Source: Caecitellus pseudoparvulus
Lineage: Eukaryota > Protista > Bigyra: Bicosoecida
Length of the DNA stretch: 64,000 nt
Assembly (NCBI GenBank): GCA_965644315.1
Contig: CBFFRQ010000179.1
Coordinates: 9,578 to 73,577, forward strand
Reading direction: 5' to 3'
Shown here in pieces: positions 1 to 12,226 of this stretch; the stretch's first letter is position 1, and each line of letters opens with the position of its first letter. The notes below the pieces were generated by a model. That model had not been told where the DNA came from. It searched no databases and was given only the letters and a program-made list of their open reading frames with translations. The position numbers were made by a program, and so were the translations under genes.

Positions 1-2913
1 GCTCTCATCAAGGCAGGCGTGGTGCACGCTGAAGTGGTGAGCGTGGCGAGTCGCAGCGACGCCAACAGCGTCGAAGCTCCTGCCGCCAGCTCCTTTCCAG
101 AGCAAGGTGCGTGGAATTTGACGGCTCGTGCTCTGATGGCACACTAAAATACCCCCCTCCTCCTCCTTCTTGACCCTGCCAGGCTCTGCAGCGGCGCATT
201 CAGCGGCCCGCGAGGTGGAGCCCGCCAGCACTGATGGTGTGGGCCAAGCTGCCAGTGCCCGGCAGGTCAAGACCAAGCGCAGGGCAGCAGTGTGCAGCTC
301 ACACTGGTACGCGTCGAGTGAAGACGCCTTCTGTGTGTGCCCCGAAGGGGGTGACGCCTTCCTTGGGAGCTGGCTGGAGGGCGTGTCTCGGGCGCGGGTG
401 CAGCGGGCCGTGAAGGCAGGCACTGGCTTGCCACGTGGCTGTGAAGCGGCCCTGCGAGCGGGCGTCACGGATTTTCCCCCAGCTGATGCTTCCCGCCTGC
501 CTGCCCCTCTCCGCCACGTCATCGAGCCAGCCTCTGCAAAGGATCGCTTGACCGACGACGGTCGGTGTCTGCGACTCGGCCCCGCTCCATGTCCGCCCAT
601 TCTGCAAGTGCCCCAGCCTGCTGCGCCGGAAGACACATGGACCACCACCCGTGCCAAGGCTATGCAGTCCAAGCGGCGCCAGGCCCTGGCCCACGCCGTG
701 GAGAGCGGCATGCCCACGGTACTGCGTGGAGTGCTGCCCCAGAGCCCCGTCGAGACACTGATGGCAGGGGTGGGCCTTTGGCAGGCTGGGAGCGGGAACA
801 AGACGCTCTTCCACATGCGCAAGCAGCGGCATCCGGTCTTTGTCCTGCGCCAGTCCGCCTCCTCGCCACAGGTACCGCTGCTGGATGAACTGGGCGGCAA
901 GGCAGCCCCGCCCCGCACTGCGCGCGACTTGCACTTGCCTTGGGAGGGCTCCGACGCGAGCTCAAGCTCGTCGCACGCGACAAGGGGTCTTGCAGGGGGA
1001 GTGCCTGCAACTGTGTTGGGGGAAGGCCACGTTGATGTGGGGGGTGGAGATCGGGATTTCTTTTACCACACCGGCACCGTGTCGGATTGGGCGGGGGAGG
1101 CACCTGCCCACATTTCCCGGCGCCTGCAAGAGGCCACAGAAGAGCTGCAGACTGCCTTTGGCATGGCCAGCTCTGCACTGCTGGAGGAGGTGTCAGATGG
1201 AGGGCGGGCGACCGGTGGTGCTGCGCGGCTGTGGACGGGCCAAGCTGGCGTCACGGCGCAAACGCATTACGACCACGTGCGAAACGCTTTCATCCAGTTA
1301 CAAGGCTTCAAGCGCGTTGTCCTGTACCCACCAGCTGCAGCCTCCGACCTGCACCCCTTCCCCCACATTCACCCCAGCTACCACCAGTCGCAAGTTCCAC
1401 CCACGGCAGCCGCCGCCCTCGATGAAACATCGTGGGCTGCGCTGCCAGTGTTCACAGCTGCTGCAAACGCATTCAATGCGAGCGCGACATGGGGCGAAGA
1501 CCTCGCCACGAGGCGTCGTCAAGCCATTGCAGTGCAGCTGGCAAAGGCTCGGCAGCACTTGCATGCGGCGGGTGTCGGCGATTCACGCCCGAAGGACTGT
1601 GCGCCAGCCTGCTGTTCCCTGCGGCGCAACACGGTCGTGGAGCCCGCTGACGCGCCAGGGAACCCCGAGGGCAGCGAGGCAGACCTGAAGAAGCTCTACG
1701 GGTCTTACTTGGCCATGGAGGTGGTGCTGGAGCCAGGGGACGTCCTGTTTATTCCTCGTGCGTGCAGGAGACGCTTGCTCGCCGCACGACATCGCTTGCC
1801 CACCCTGCAGATGAACTCACCCGCCGCCCGCTCCACCCTTTCGCAGCCATGTGGTTCCATCGCATCACCGCCCTGTCACCTTCCCAGTCCCTGTCAGTAG
1901 TGTCGGCTTCTCCCGTGGACATTCTCTCGTCACGTGCCATGTGGACGGAGCTGCCACTGCAAGGTGCGCTGGACAACCCTGTAGCCAGGGCGCTGCTGGC
2001 ACAAGCCATGCTAGCTCGCCTCTTTGAACTGTTGCAGCCGTTTGCATCTGGCGACAGCGCCTTTGTCCCACACGCCCACGGCGCGTCAACGTCCAAAGGC
2101 GGCGTGCGGGACTCCGCCAGTGTGTACAGTGCCATCCCAGAGTCGCCTGCAGGCGTCTCCGGCACCAGCTTGCCGGGCCGCGATGTGGACATCCAGGTGG
2201 ATGCTCGTGCCCGGGTGTCTGACGAAGTGGGCAGGCTCATGCTCGCGCGGTGGCTGCCGCTGTATGCGCAGTCAGCGCCGACGCAGCGGTCACTGCGCAG
2301 AACACTGGCAGCCGCCGGAACAGCGCGGCCTGGCAAGGCTGTGCCGCACCCTGCGGTGAGGTTGCTCCAGGCCATGGGGTCTCGGCACCTCACCTGCCCA
2401 GCGCAGGACGCAGCTGCGCCTCGGAGCGGGTTTTCGTGCTTCCGACACAAAGGCCGTGGTGGCAAGTCGGGGTCGCCCGACCCGCTGCTAGTGCGCCCTC
2501 TGACCCAAGCGGACAGTGTCGTTGTGGACACCGTTCGAAACATCACTGAGCTCCTGCCGGCGATTCACGCTGCAGCGGAGCGAGTGGCGGACTGGCTCAC
2601 GTACTCTGCCCCTGTGCGCGGGGACCTGCCGGCAGCTGCCCCTGCTGTCGACTGGTTCGACAAGGCTCACTGGGACTCCTTGCGGTTTGAGCACAGTGCG
2701 GCAGGGATGGTCACTGGCACCGCCTTGCAGGACCTCATGGGCGGCGACCGCGTGCAGCTGTCGCCCGGACAGGTGCGCCTGCTGCTGTGGGATTACGCAG
2801 AGGAGCTGGCTCAGTGGGCCATGGGTGACTGCAATGTCCCTGCGTTTTTCAGGGAGTGTCTGTGGCGCCAAGACGGCTGGTTCCCGGCCGGGTCGTCAGT
2901 TGCGGCGTTGTGA
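1..2913 (+). CDS. JmjC/cupin-8 family Fe(II)/2-oxoglutarate oxygenase (5' end lies upstream of window)
   Basis: Frame 1 is open from base 1. Introns 107-182 and 1758-1846 (GTGCGT..CAG) join ORFs 170-1900 and 1762-2913, giving LWTGQAGVTAQTHYDH..NAFIQLQGFKRVVLYPP..EVVLEPGDVLFIP|PMWFHRITA, which contains the HxD...H metal triad. Confidence 0.85.
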
Positions 2914-3034
2914 CGCGCAACTGGCTCCAGCGCCTTGCATGATGTATTGTGATTCTGTAGTCTTTTTTGCCGGACAGCTGATGCATTCAATGCACAGGTC
3001 CACGCACACGCCATGCCCATGGAGGCTCACACAC

Positions 3035-6000
3035 TCACACTTCTGCCTGTTGCGCAGCCCTCTGCGATCTTCCTGCGGCAATCGACCGCGCACTGCGACC
3101 AGTGTCGATGCGGGGCTTCACGTTCGCATACCGCGCAGCTGATCGCGGTCGTCGAGTGGCTGATGCTGAGCCACTGCGCTTGGCGGCCAGTCCACCTTGG
3201 CGCCTGCCCTGGTTAGCGACGGTGCTTGGCCCGAGAGTGGCCGCCAGGCGCTGTCTGGGTGCTGTTTTCGGACGACGAGCCTTGGGTTTGGACGAGGCTG
3301 CGCCGACACGCTGCTGCGAAGCGCTGGGCACAGGCTTGGCCCAGGCTTCATCTGCAAAGTGCAGTGTCTTCCTTGACTGTCCCAGGTCCTCCACAGCGGC
3401 AGGGAGGGGGGCGGTCTTGCTGGCAGCGGCGAACCCCACCGCCGCGCTTCGGGGCGCAGTGCGGGGAGTGGCGACCAGCACCTCAGCCGTGGAGAACACA
3501 CCGGGTGTGCGTGGAGGGGTGTTTTCCACGCCTGCCTCCAGCCCTCTGCGGGGCCGGTCTGTGACTGCCACGCACGAAAACCGCCGCGAAGCTGGGCACG
3601 CCGAGCCGCGTGTTGCGGCGGCAGGTGTGGACACACCTTCGAGCAGGGAGGACAAGCGGGCGATTCTCTCGCGGAGCGCCGTGATTTCTGCTTCAGACGT
3701 GGTCTTGGAGGCGTTGTGTTGGGCCTTGGCCTCTGCAAGAGCGGTGGCGGACGCTGCCACCTCCCCCCGCAGGGCGACGACCTGCCCTTCGGTGCGGCTC
3801 AGCTCCAGCTGCAAGCCCTCCACCCTCTCGGCCAGTAGCTCTTGCATGGCATCTGGAGATGATGGGGAGGCACCCACATTGCGTGAAGACTGCGCTGGCT
3901 TGCGTGAGGGTGCCTTGCCGCCCACTACCCCCTTCTGCGCACACCCCAGCTCAACCTGTGCCGCCCGCCGTGCAAAGGTCAGGGAGCACACCGTCTCGGT
4001 GGTGTCGTCAGGGTGAGGGGACACCTGGGCAAGCATGAGTGCCTTGTTGTGTCCCCCCAGCGCGTCCTTCAGCAGGTGGGTCAACTTGGAGTTGCGGAAC
4101 GGCACGTGGGAAGCCTGGCTCTGCAGTGCTGACATGACGTCGCCCAGGGCGGACAGTGAGCGGTTGATGGAGGCAGCCTCTCGCTTTGCAGCGCCTTCTG
4201 CTCCGCTCTTCTTCAGGCGCTCAGAACCTGCCAGGTCCACCATGTACAGACGGGAGCGCGTGGGGTTGCCCCGGCCTCGAGGAGTGACGACTGCCTCAAC
4301 TGCCAGCACGCAGTGCGAGCGCGAGGACACGTCGTTTGACTGCGTCGCGCAGACAGAGCGGGCTGCAGTGCCAGCTTCAAACACCGCAGCGATGTCTGCT
4401 TGACAGCTGACAGGCAGCCACGCGAGGCCCTTGGCATACACACAGCCATCACCTGCCTGCTTCAGGTCCAAGTTGCCAGAGTCAATGCCATCTGGCGCCA
4501 GGGCCTCATCAGCAGCTGCAACGCCACCTGACCCGCTCATGTCAAAGTGGCAGGGAGGCAGGGCACCAGCTCCCGCGAGCAAATCCCTCACACGCTCGTT
4601 GTAGATCTCCAGCATGCTCACGGCGATGCGCGTGTCTGCGACGTCTGCCCTGTCGGCGGCCAGCGCAAAGAGCTCCTGCAGTGCGCGCACGTTCACCCCT
4701 GGCTGTGCTGCAGTGCCCTGCATGGTGAAAGTCTTGCCACTGCCGGTCTGGCCGTACGCAAAGACACAGACATTGTACCCGTCCAGCGCGGAGCGCACGA
4801 GGGGCGCCACCTCGCCATACACCTCTTCCTGGGTGGACGTGGGGGAAAAGATCCGGTCAAACGTAAACCGCTTCATGGTAGGGCCCCGTTTGGCCTGGGT
4901 CGTCACGACCAGAGCAGACTCGGACATGCAGCCGACGGCAGGGGCCACACTGCCCGACTCATCCCGCACTGTGACGCCCATGGGCCTTACTCGCGCAAAC
5001 ACACGAATGTTGCCCTTCAAGTCCAGAATCGTGTTGAACAGCGTCTTGTTCTCGGCGGCAAGACGGGCGCTGCGCTCGCCCAGCTTGCCCACTTCACCTT
5101 GAGCTGCTCGCAGCTCCCGCTGCGTTGCGAACTCTGCTGCCCGTGCCTCCTCCAACGTTGCCTGCGTTCGAGACAGTGCCGACTTAGCCGTGAGTAGGTC
5201 TGCCTGCAGACGTTGCACGACTTCGTCTTGAGCTTGGTCCGTTTGGCCTGCGCTGGGTGCCGCCGCGGCAGCTTCCTCCTGGGCTTCACTGAGACGTTTG
5301 CGCAGCGTTGCAAGTTCCGCGTCCAGCACCGCCACTTCTTCCCGGTGCACGCTGCGCTCCCGCTCAAAGTCGGCCTCCATGGCCGCCATGTCCGAGTCCT
5401 TCTTGTCCAAATTGTCGGTCAGCAGCACCACTTCGTTCAGGGCTTCACGGCGCACGCGCTGTGCATCGGCCAGCTTACTGGCGTGCTCCGACAGCTTCAA
5501 CGTCAGCTCGCCCAGGTCTTTCCTGGCTGCGGCGGCCTCCGCCTCCGCGCTCTCTTGGCTCTTGCGCGCTGAGCACACCGCCGCTTTGGCCGCTTCTGCT
5601 TCTTCTGCTGCATCGGCCATCTGCCTGCGCATGGAGGCCTGCTCCGATTCCTTCCGCGCCTCGGCAGCGCGCAGTGACGCAAGGGAAGCTTTGAGCTGCT
5701 TCACCTGGCGCTGGGCTGCGGCAAGGTCCTCTTCCATCGCCTCCGCCGCATCGTCCTTGGCCCGGGCTGCCGCTTGCCCAGCGGCTTCCTCTGCACGCCG
5801 CCTCTCCACCACTGCCTCTGCGCGCGCAGCCACGAGAGCTGCCTTCAGGTCGCACGCCTCATCCTCCAGCCGAGCCACGTCAGCCTGCAGGTCGCGCATC
5901 TCGTCTGCTGCGACACGCTCGCGTTCCACCTCCTCCATGGCGCTCTGTAGCCGCGCCTCGGCTTTCTGGAGCCGTCGCTGCAGGGTGACATTCTCCACCA

Positions 6001-6828
6001 TCACCTCGGCAAGCTTGTCCTCCGCATCAGCCAGCAACCGACTCTCCGCCCGCTGAGTGCCAGTGACACCACCTGTGCTGGAGCCTGCACCTTGATTCGC
6101 CCCACAAAGAGGGGGAAGCAGGTCCTTGGCGGCCCCACTGCCCTGTGTGGCCTTGCGGCAAGCTGCAGCAGTGGCGGCCGTTGTCTCAGCTGTCGCGCAC
6201 GCTGCCACAGTGTGCTCGCCAGGCTGTGTGAAGTCCAGCTCCTGCTGCTGCAGCCAACTGTCTGTGATGAGGACTTTCTGCAGCCTGGCCACGAGGTGTT
6301 CTTCGGTCTGCTCGAGGTGCACAGGGGGATCGGCTGCGCGGCCTTGCCAAGCACAAGGCGATTGCTCCCCGCAACACGCACCAGAGCGATGCCATGAAAG
6401 ACATTTGTCTCAGAAAAAGTCTCCTCGATGCTGGAGTCACGAACAAGGTACTTGTAGGTGAAAACCTGCCCCATCTTGATCTGCGGGGGGGCGCTTTCGC
6501 AGTTGTGTCACACTTGTGTCACTGCGGAAATTGCTTTCCCGCGCCGCGCACCTTGACACGGGCCTTCCATACAGACCCGGCGGGGTTCGGCTTCATGCGC
6601 ACTCCAGCTGCTTCATCACCTCTTCCAAGCTGCAGGAAAGGGTGGAAGGCTTGCCGACTAGTCTTGCGTCGTGCGGGAGCTGTGCCGTACCTCAGGGATA
6701 GAGCCAACGACTGAAACGGCATGGATGGCGGGGTCGCCTCGAAACTTCAGCACCAGCTCCACGTCCAGCTTCTCGGGAGTGGAGCCTGCTTTCTGCAGCA
6801 CCTGGCTTGACTTGAAAGGAAACGCCAT
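3035..6828 (-). CDS. Kinesin-14 family motor with N-terminal CBM20-like domain and coiled coils
   Basis: Neck/motor motifs LKGNIRVFARVRP, GYNVCVFAYGQTGSGKT, SSRSH, DLAGSER, HVPFRNSKLTHLL. Exons 6828-6691, 6629-6552, 6480-6382 and 6307-3035 join in phase 0 through GT-AG introns; the last acceptor is the least certain. Confidence 0.9.
6523..6533. promoter_or_regulatory. Recurrent motif TGCGGAAATTG (kinesin intron 2)
   Basis: Exact 11-mer, one of six copies. Confidence 0.5.
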
Positions 6829-7302
6829 GGCTGAGCCGCCTCCTGTGCGCCGGGCAGGCACTCTGCAGTGCTCTTCGCGCTCCCTGGCTCAAGCGCGAGC
6901 CAGTGGACAGGCGCCTGGGTGCAGAACCAAGGAAGACGGCCAAGGCTGCGGGGTTTGGTGGCATGAGCACCTCGGATGTGAAGCTTGAGGAAGAGAAAGT
7001 TGAATTTTAGAGCAAAAGTGTTTTGTTTTTGTGAAACTGTTGTGTGTTACGCGTAAGAGTCAACCAAACAATCTGGATCTAGAGCCAACGTCCGTAGCAG
7101 CGGCTTTCGCAGTTGCAATTCCCGGCTGATTTTCTTGGCATTTGCAGACGAGACGACAGCAAGGACCGATTCTCCCTCTGTTCTGGGACCGGTGCAGAGC
7201 AGTGCCGTGCAAGGGAAGTATGTAAAAGCACCACATCGGGGGCTGCTGCAAGCCGCGAAGGACTTCGGCAGGCTTGAGAAGGGAGACTGTGCAGCGAGGG
7301 CC

Positions 7303-9581
7303 TTAGGCTGGACTTGTTGGTCCATCGTACTCCCAGGCATGCTGGTCGTCGGAGGAGGCAGTACTGGCCATGCTCGCCTGGGAATGGTCGCGGGGTTGCT
7401 GGGTTTGGTTGGCATCTGTTCGCGCAGGGCGATCACCCGAAGCTTGCTGGGGATCAGGGGAGGCACCCCGCTCAACTCGTTCCTCATGCAATACCTGCTG
7501 ACATCTTCCTCGCGGTTCGTCAATGACAGGGAGGCAGCCAGACTCCAATGGGGAGCTCGTGGCAACGGAGTGACTGCCTGCTCCGCTTGTCGACGGCTCG
7601 GTCACGGCCCCCTGAAGCTGCAGCGGAGCAGGCGGCGTCCAAGTAGGTGTGACATACCACGCGTGTGCCTTCACCTCCTCCATGCTCAGCCGCTCCTCAG
7701 CCCGCACCGCCAGACACCCCCCCAGCAAGTGCGCCAGCGCAGGGGACATGCCCTGTGGCCAGTGCCAGGGCGGCAGGTGTCCGCCCTCGGCCCACAGCGC
7801 CGACTGGGGGCCCATGATGTCGTCGTGCAGGACGTGGGGCTGTGTGGACGCGACGAAGGCGCGGAAGGTGCGTGAGAAGGGGGCTGCCGCCCGGAAGGGC
7901 GTGTGGCCGCAGGCCATGACAAACAACGTCACGCCGAAGCTCCACACGTCAGCGGCGTACGGGTTGTACCCCTCCTTGCCCAGGGTCACCGGTGCGGCGT
8001 CAGTGGGCCAGCACGCCGAGGCTGTCTCGGGGCTGGTGGCGGCGGTGTACAGGCAGACGATTTCGGGGCAGGAGAAGGGGGTGCTGCCTTGGGGACTCAT
8101 GCCCCGTGCCGTGCCGGGGGGCGCATCCTCCGCCGCCACGAAGGCGGACCCGAAGTCGCACAGCTTCACCATGTACTGGCGCAGGGCGTGGGAGGTGTCG
8201 GTGGGGAGGGTGCCGTGGGGCAGCACTTGGCTGGCCAGGGCTCGCAGGGCGGCGAGGTGGGCGTGCCGGTGCGCTGTGGCCTGAGGGAGTGTGGCGTGGG
8301 GCTTGGCGGCGTGTGTGTGTGTGAAGAGGAGGATGTTCTCGAGCTTGACTGTGTGTGCGTGGGGAGGGGGGTGTGTGCTTGGGGAGGGGAGTGTGTGCGT
8401 GGGGGGAGGGGCGTGTGCGCTCACCATCCCTGTGTGCAACGCCTTGTGAGTGTGCGAATGCAAGGGCGTGGGCGATTTGGAGCACCCACTCGCGCATGAA
8501 GGCGTGCTCTCCGAAGCTGCGGAGTGGGGGTGAAGGGAGGGCAGGGCAGTGAGGTGTGCTGGCCGTTCGGCAGGCGTGTGGTGCAGGGCAGCGGCACGTT
8601 CAGCGGCAAGCAGCTGCACAAGACCAACCTTGAGCCCCTGTTCAGCATGCAGAGCACGTCATGCAAGTCACATAACGCAGGTTGCAGCATCATGATGCCG
8701 CCCAGGTCGGGGGGAGTCTCGGTGCTGAAGTACCTCACAACATGTGGGTGGGCGTTTCGCATCCGCCGAGCCTGCGAGGTTCAAGTGCAAGCCCACGTGT
8801 TTCGCCGCACCAGTGCGACACAGGAAATCCTCATGGTGCATGTTTCGGTGTGGGTTTGCGTCCGCTTATCAGCGGGTGCGCAGAGTGCGGCGCCGGCTTT
8901 CCCCGCCGCGATGCGGCGGCTGGCATGCCAGTCCGCCGCCGCATCGTTCGCGAAGCGCTGGCTGCTGTGCAGGCCGGACACAACTGGGGCAAGCGAGCTC
9001 CCAGGCAACAGACATATATATCGTTCAACGCGTCAGATTGCCCTGTTTCGCGCAAGCTGGGCTGGGCAGGCAGCGTCCCAGCAGCTGCAAACTCACTGCT
9101 CGGTTCTCTCGTCTGAAGGAACGCTTGCTAGTCAGCTCGCACGTCTTGACTACAACTGGCACACCGTGCAGAATGCCCATGGCGACACTACCTTGCCCGC
9201 CAGCTATGCTGAGTATGTCGAGCGCTTGGGGGGGAGAGCCTGCGGAGTGGACAGCTTGCGATGGTGGAGCAGTGGGCCCACGCGGAGGCAGCAGCGTGGC
9301 ACATGCAAGCAGGGGCTGGCATGGCAAGACACCGCGCCCCGCAGAGGGTGATGCCAGCATCACCATGAGGTGCTGCCTGAACGCGCTGGCCCAGCTCCTG
9401 GCGCTGCAGCAACAGCCCTGTCAGCATGGTGATGGCGTGTGGCGAGGCCAGACACATGCCAGGCTCAGTTTCCCTGCTGGAGGCCGACTTGCAGGCACGC
9501 ACTGGAGCTTGAAGGCACACAGGCACCCTTGATGTCTCCATGTTGTGCTTGTGATTGCTCCTCGGAGGCACCTGCAGCCAT
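7303..9581 (-). CDS. Ser/Thr protein kinase, tandem copy 1
   Basis: Spliced: AGGQGSV..VVVKT..RRENRA | ..HPHVVRY.. | ..VAHRD|VKLENILL..VKLCDFGS..CPE..ADVWSFGV..ERLSMEEVKAHAW. Intron 8349-8424 splits HRD|VK. Start ATG 9581 is inferred. Confidence 0.85.
7656..8527. repeat. Direct repeat, ~872 bp near-identical to 10682-11553
   Basis: Offset 3026. Only one mismatch noticed (7993 T vs 11019 C). The tract includes an intron. Confidence 0.95.
8351..8420 (+). repeat. 20-bp G-rich minisatellite (~3.5 units) filling an intron
   Basis: gtgtgtgcgtggggaggggg / gtgtgtgcttggggagggga / gtgtgtgcgtggggggaggg / gcgtgtgcgc; duplicated at 11377-11446. Confidence 0.85.
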
Positions 9582-9947
9582 TACCCACCGCTAGGGCTCG
9601 CGTGATGCCTGGTTCGTTGCTCGTGACGATTCGGCGTGTTGAGACCTGAGCTTCCGGCGAGCTGCACTCTGCCTGAGCTGGTGCAGCATGGAGGGCTGCG
9701 CACAGCTTGGTTCCGACAAGCAGGAAATCCTTTGCACCGCTCTAGCATTTGGATCAGTTTAGGTGTATGGATTTCTCCCTGTGGCCCAGTATGTTCGTTG
9801 CCGTTTCTTGGGGTGGTTCGCAGCGACGACCCACCCTAAGTGGGGTTTGCGGAGACTTCCGAAGGTGAATTAGACAGTAAGCGGACGATGGGGAATTAGG
9901 AATAGAGTTAAGGGGACACTTCAGGGCACAGGCATGCCTGCGATTGA

Positions 9948-12226
9948 TCATGGTGAGCCCGAGGAGGCCTTGGAAGCGAAGGCGATGCCGCCGCCGGCAC
10001 TTTCGGCCGCGCTGGACACAGTCCAGCCACGCTGCCTGCCCTGCACAGGAAGTGGAGTGGGGCCTGTGCTGGGCGCCAAGCTGCTGGCTTGAGAGGAACC
10101 CCCGGCAGAGGGGGACCCTTGGCTGCCCGGCATCATGGCTGCGGCGGGTGGCGACGACCATTCGCTGCTGCGCACGCTGCCTGCACCAGGTGTGGCGTCC
10201 GCGCTGAGCATGGCAGAGCCATGCAGTGGCGTCGCGCCCAGAAGGCCCATGGCAGGGGACGGCTCAATGCTGGAAGCGGCCCAGACTGCAGTGGAGCCAG
10301 AGGAGGCAGGCGTGGAGTCCACGTCTTGGGCGACGTTGGAGCGGATGGCGTGCACTCGGCGCCGCGACACGTGGAACTGCGGCGTCTCCATGCCCTCCCC
10401 GCTGCCTTGAGCTGGGGGCTGCGGACTTACTGGACTGCCGCTGCCGTCTCCATGCAACGCGTGGAAAACGCCCCGGACAGGGCGCTCCTTGGCATGGAAG
10501 CGGGTGTCCACAGGGGGGCACTGGAAGCCTTCAAGCAGAAGCTGAGCAGTTGGGGGAAGTGTTGGCGAGGGCGGCCCTTCTGTCTCGTACGTGATGCAGG
10601 TGGCTGGTTCGCCCTCCTCAGGAAAGGGCATGGAGGTTGCGCTGTCACTATCGGCGCCTGGCAGCCACTCAGGGTTGGCGAACCACGCGTGTGCCTTCAC
10701 CTCCTCCATGCTCAGCCGCTCCTCAGCCCGCACCGCCAGACACCCCCCCAGCAAGTGCGCCAGCGCAGGGGACATGCCCTGTGGCCAGTGCCAGGGCGGC
10801 AGGTGTCCGCCCTCGGCCCACAGCGCCGACTGGGGGCCCATGATGTCGTCGTGCAGGACGTGGGGCTGTGTGGACGCGACGAAGGCGCGGAAGGTGCGTG
10901 AGAAGGGGGCTGCCGCCCGGAAGGGCGTGTGGCCGCAGGCCATGACAAACAACGTCACGCCGAAGCTCCACACGTCAGCGGCGTACGGGTTGTACCCCTC
11001 CTTGCCCAGGGTCACCGGCGCGGCGTCAGTGGGCCAGCACGCCGAGGCTGTCTCGGGGCTGGTGGCGGCGGTGTACAGGCAGACGATTTCGGGGCAGGAG
11101 AAGGGGGTGCTGCCTTGGGGACTCATGCCCCGTGCCGTGCCGGGGGGCGCATCCTCCGCCGCCACGAAGGCGGACCCGAAGTCGCACAGCTTCACCATGT
11201 ACTGGCGCAGGGCGTGGGAGGTGTCGGTGGGGAGGGTGCCGTGGGGCAGCACTTGGCTGGCCAGGGCTCGCAGGGCGGCGAGGTGGGCGTGCCGGTGCGC
11301 TGTGGCCTGAGGGAGTGTGGCGTGGGGCTTGGCGGCGTGTGTGTGTGTGAAGAGGAGGATGTTCTCGAGCTTGACTGTGTGTGCGTGGGGAGGGGGGTGT
11401 GTGCTTGGGGAGGGGAGTGTGTGCGTGGGGGGAGGGGCGTGTGCGCTCACCATCCCTGTGTGCAACGCCTTGTGAGTGTGCGAATGCAAGGGCGTGGGCG
11501 ATTTGGAGCACCCACTCGCGCATGAAGGCGTGCTCTCCGAAGCTGCGGAGTGGTGAGGGCAGGGCAGGGCAGTGAGGTGTGGTGCAATGGTAGGAGTTTC
11601 TGGCAACGGCAGGCTTCGTACGTGTACGTCGGTGTTTCGGCCAGCAAGTCATGCAAGTCAGACAGTGCAGCTTCGAGAATGACCCGGTACCCTTGCTCTC
11701 CTTGCCCTCCAGTTGCCATGCAAGAGATGATGTGGGCGTGTTTATTCCTCATGCGCCGCAACTGTTTGGTTCGGCAGAGAGCATTGAAGTGAGGTGTGAA
11801 ACTGGCGGCGCGAGAATTCTCCGGTCCAGGGCATGGGCGACATCCGAACCCGGCACAGACAAGCCGCGCACTCACCGCTCGGTTCTCCCTCAGGAACGGT
11901 CTCCTGTGGGACTTTGGGTATGTTTTCTCTGCTGCCCCCTTGCCTTGCCAGTCGATGAGGCGGATGGAGCCCTGCCCCCCCGCACGAAGCTCGAGGTCAT
12001 CGTCTGCGCAAAGAGGCCGTAGATGCGCCAATCAACGAACGGAACGAGGTGTCAGGCAAGTGAGGCACTGGCCCACCAGCACGTGCCACGGCAGGTGCCT
12101 GCGGCGAAGCACGCCATGGGCCGAAGCCACACGCGCTCCGGCCTCGGTGCACTGCACCACGCCGGGAGCAGCGTTGCACTCACCAGCCTCGTCACTGATC
12201 GGGCTATGGTCACAACTGCTCGACAT
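9948..12226 (-). CDS. Ser/Thr protein kinase, tandem copy 2
   Basis: AGGQGSI..AAEKT..LRENRA | ..HAHIISC.. | HRD|VKLEN..DFG..DVWSFG, with the same intron positions as copy 1. Start ATG 12226 is inferred. Confidence 0.85.
10665..11553. repeat. Direct repeat shared with kinase copy 1 (10682-11553) and copy 3 (10665-10927)
   Basis: Direct sequence comparison and identical translated segments in the ORF track. Confidence 0.95.

Noticed and set aside
170-2913. Frameshifted pseudogene or programmed frameshift in the JmjC gene (and similar split ORFs elsewhere)
   Set aside because: Frame changes are fully explained by canonical GT-AG introns that restore conserved motifs.
7047-7565. 172-aa minus-strand ORF as a separate gene
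   Set aside because: It overlaps the kinase 1 C-terminus in another frame and has no motif; an alternative 3' exon cannot be excluded without RNA data.
8351-8420. 20-bp repeats as a CRISPR array or telomeric repeat
   Set aside because: No spacers and no cas genes; the repeat sits within a spliceosomal intron and lacks a telomere-type unit.
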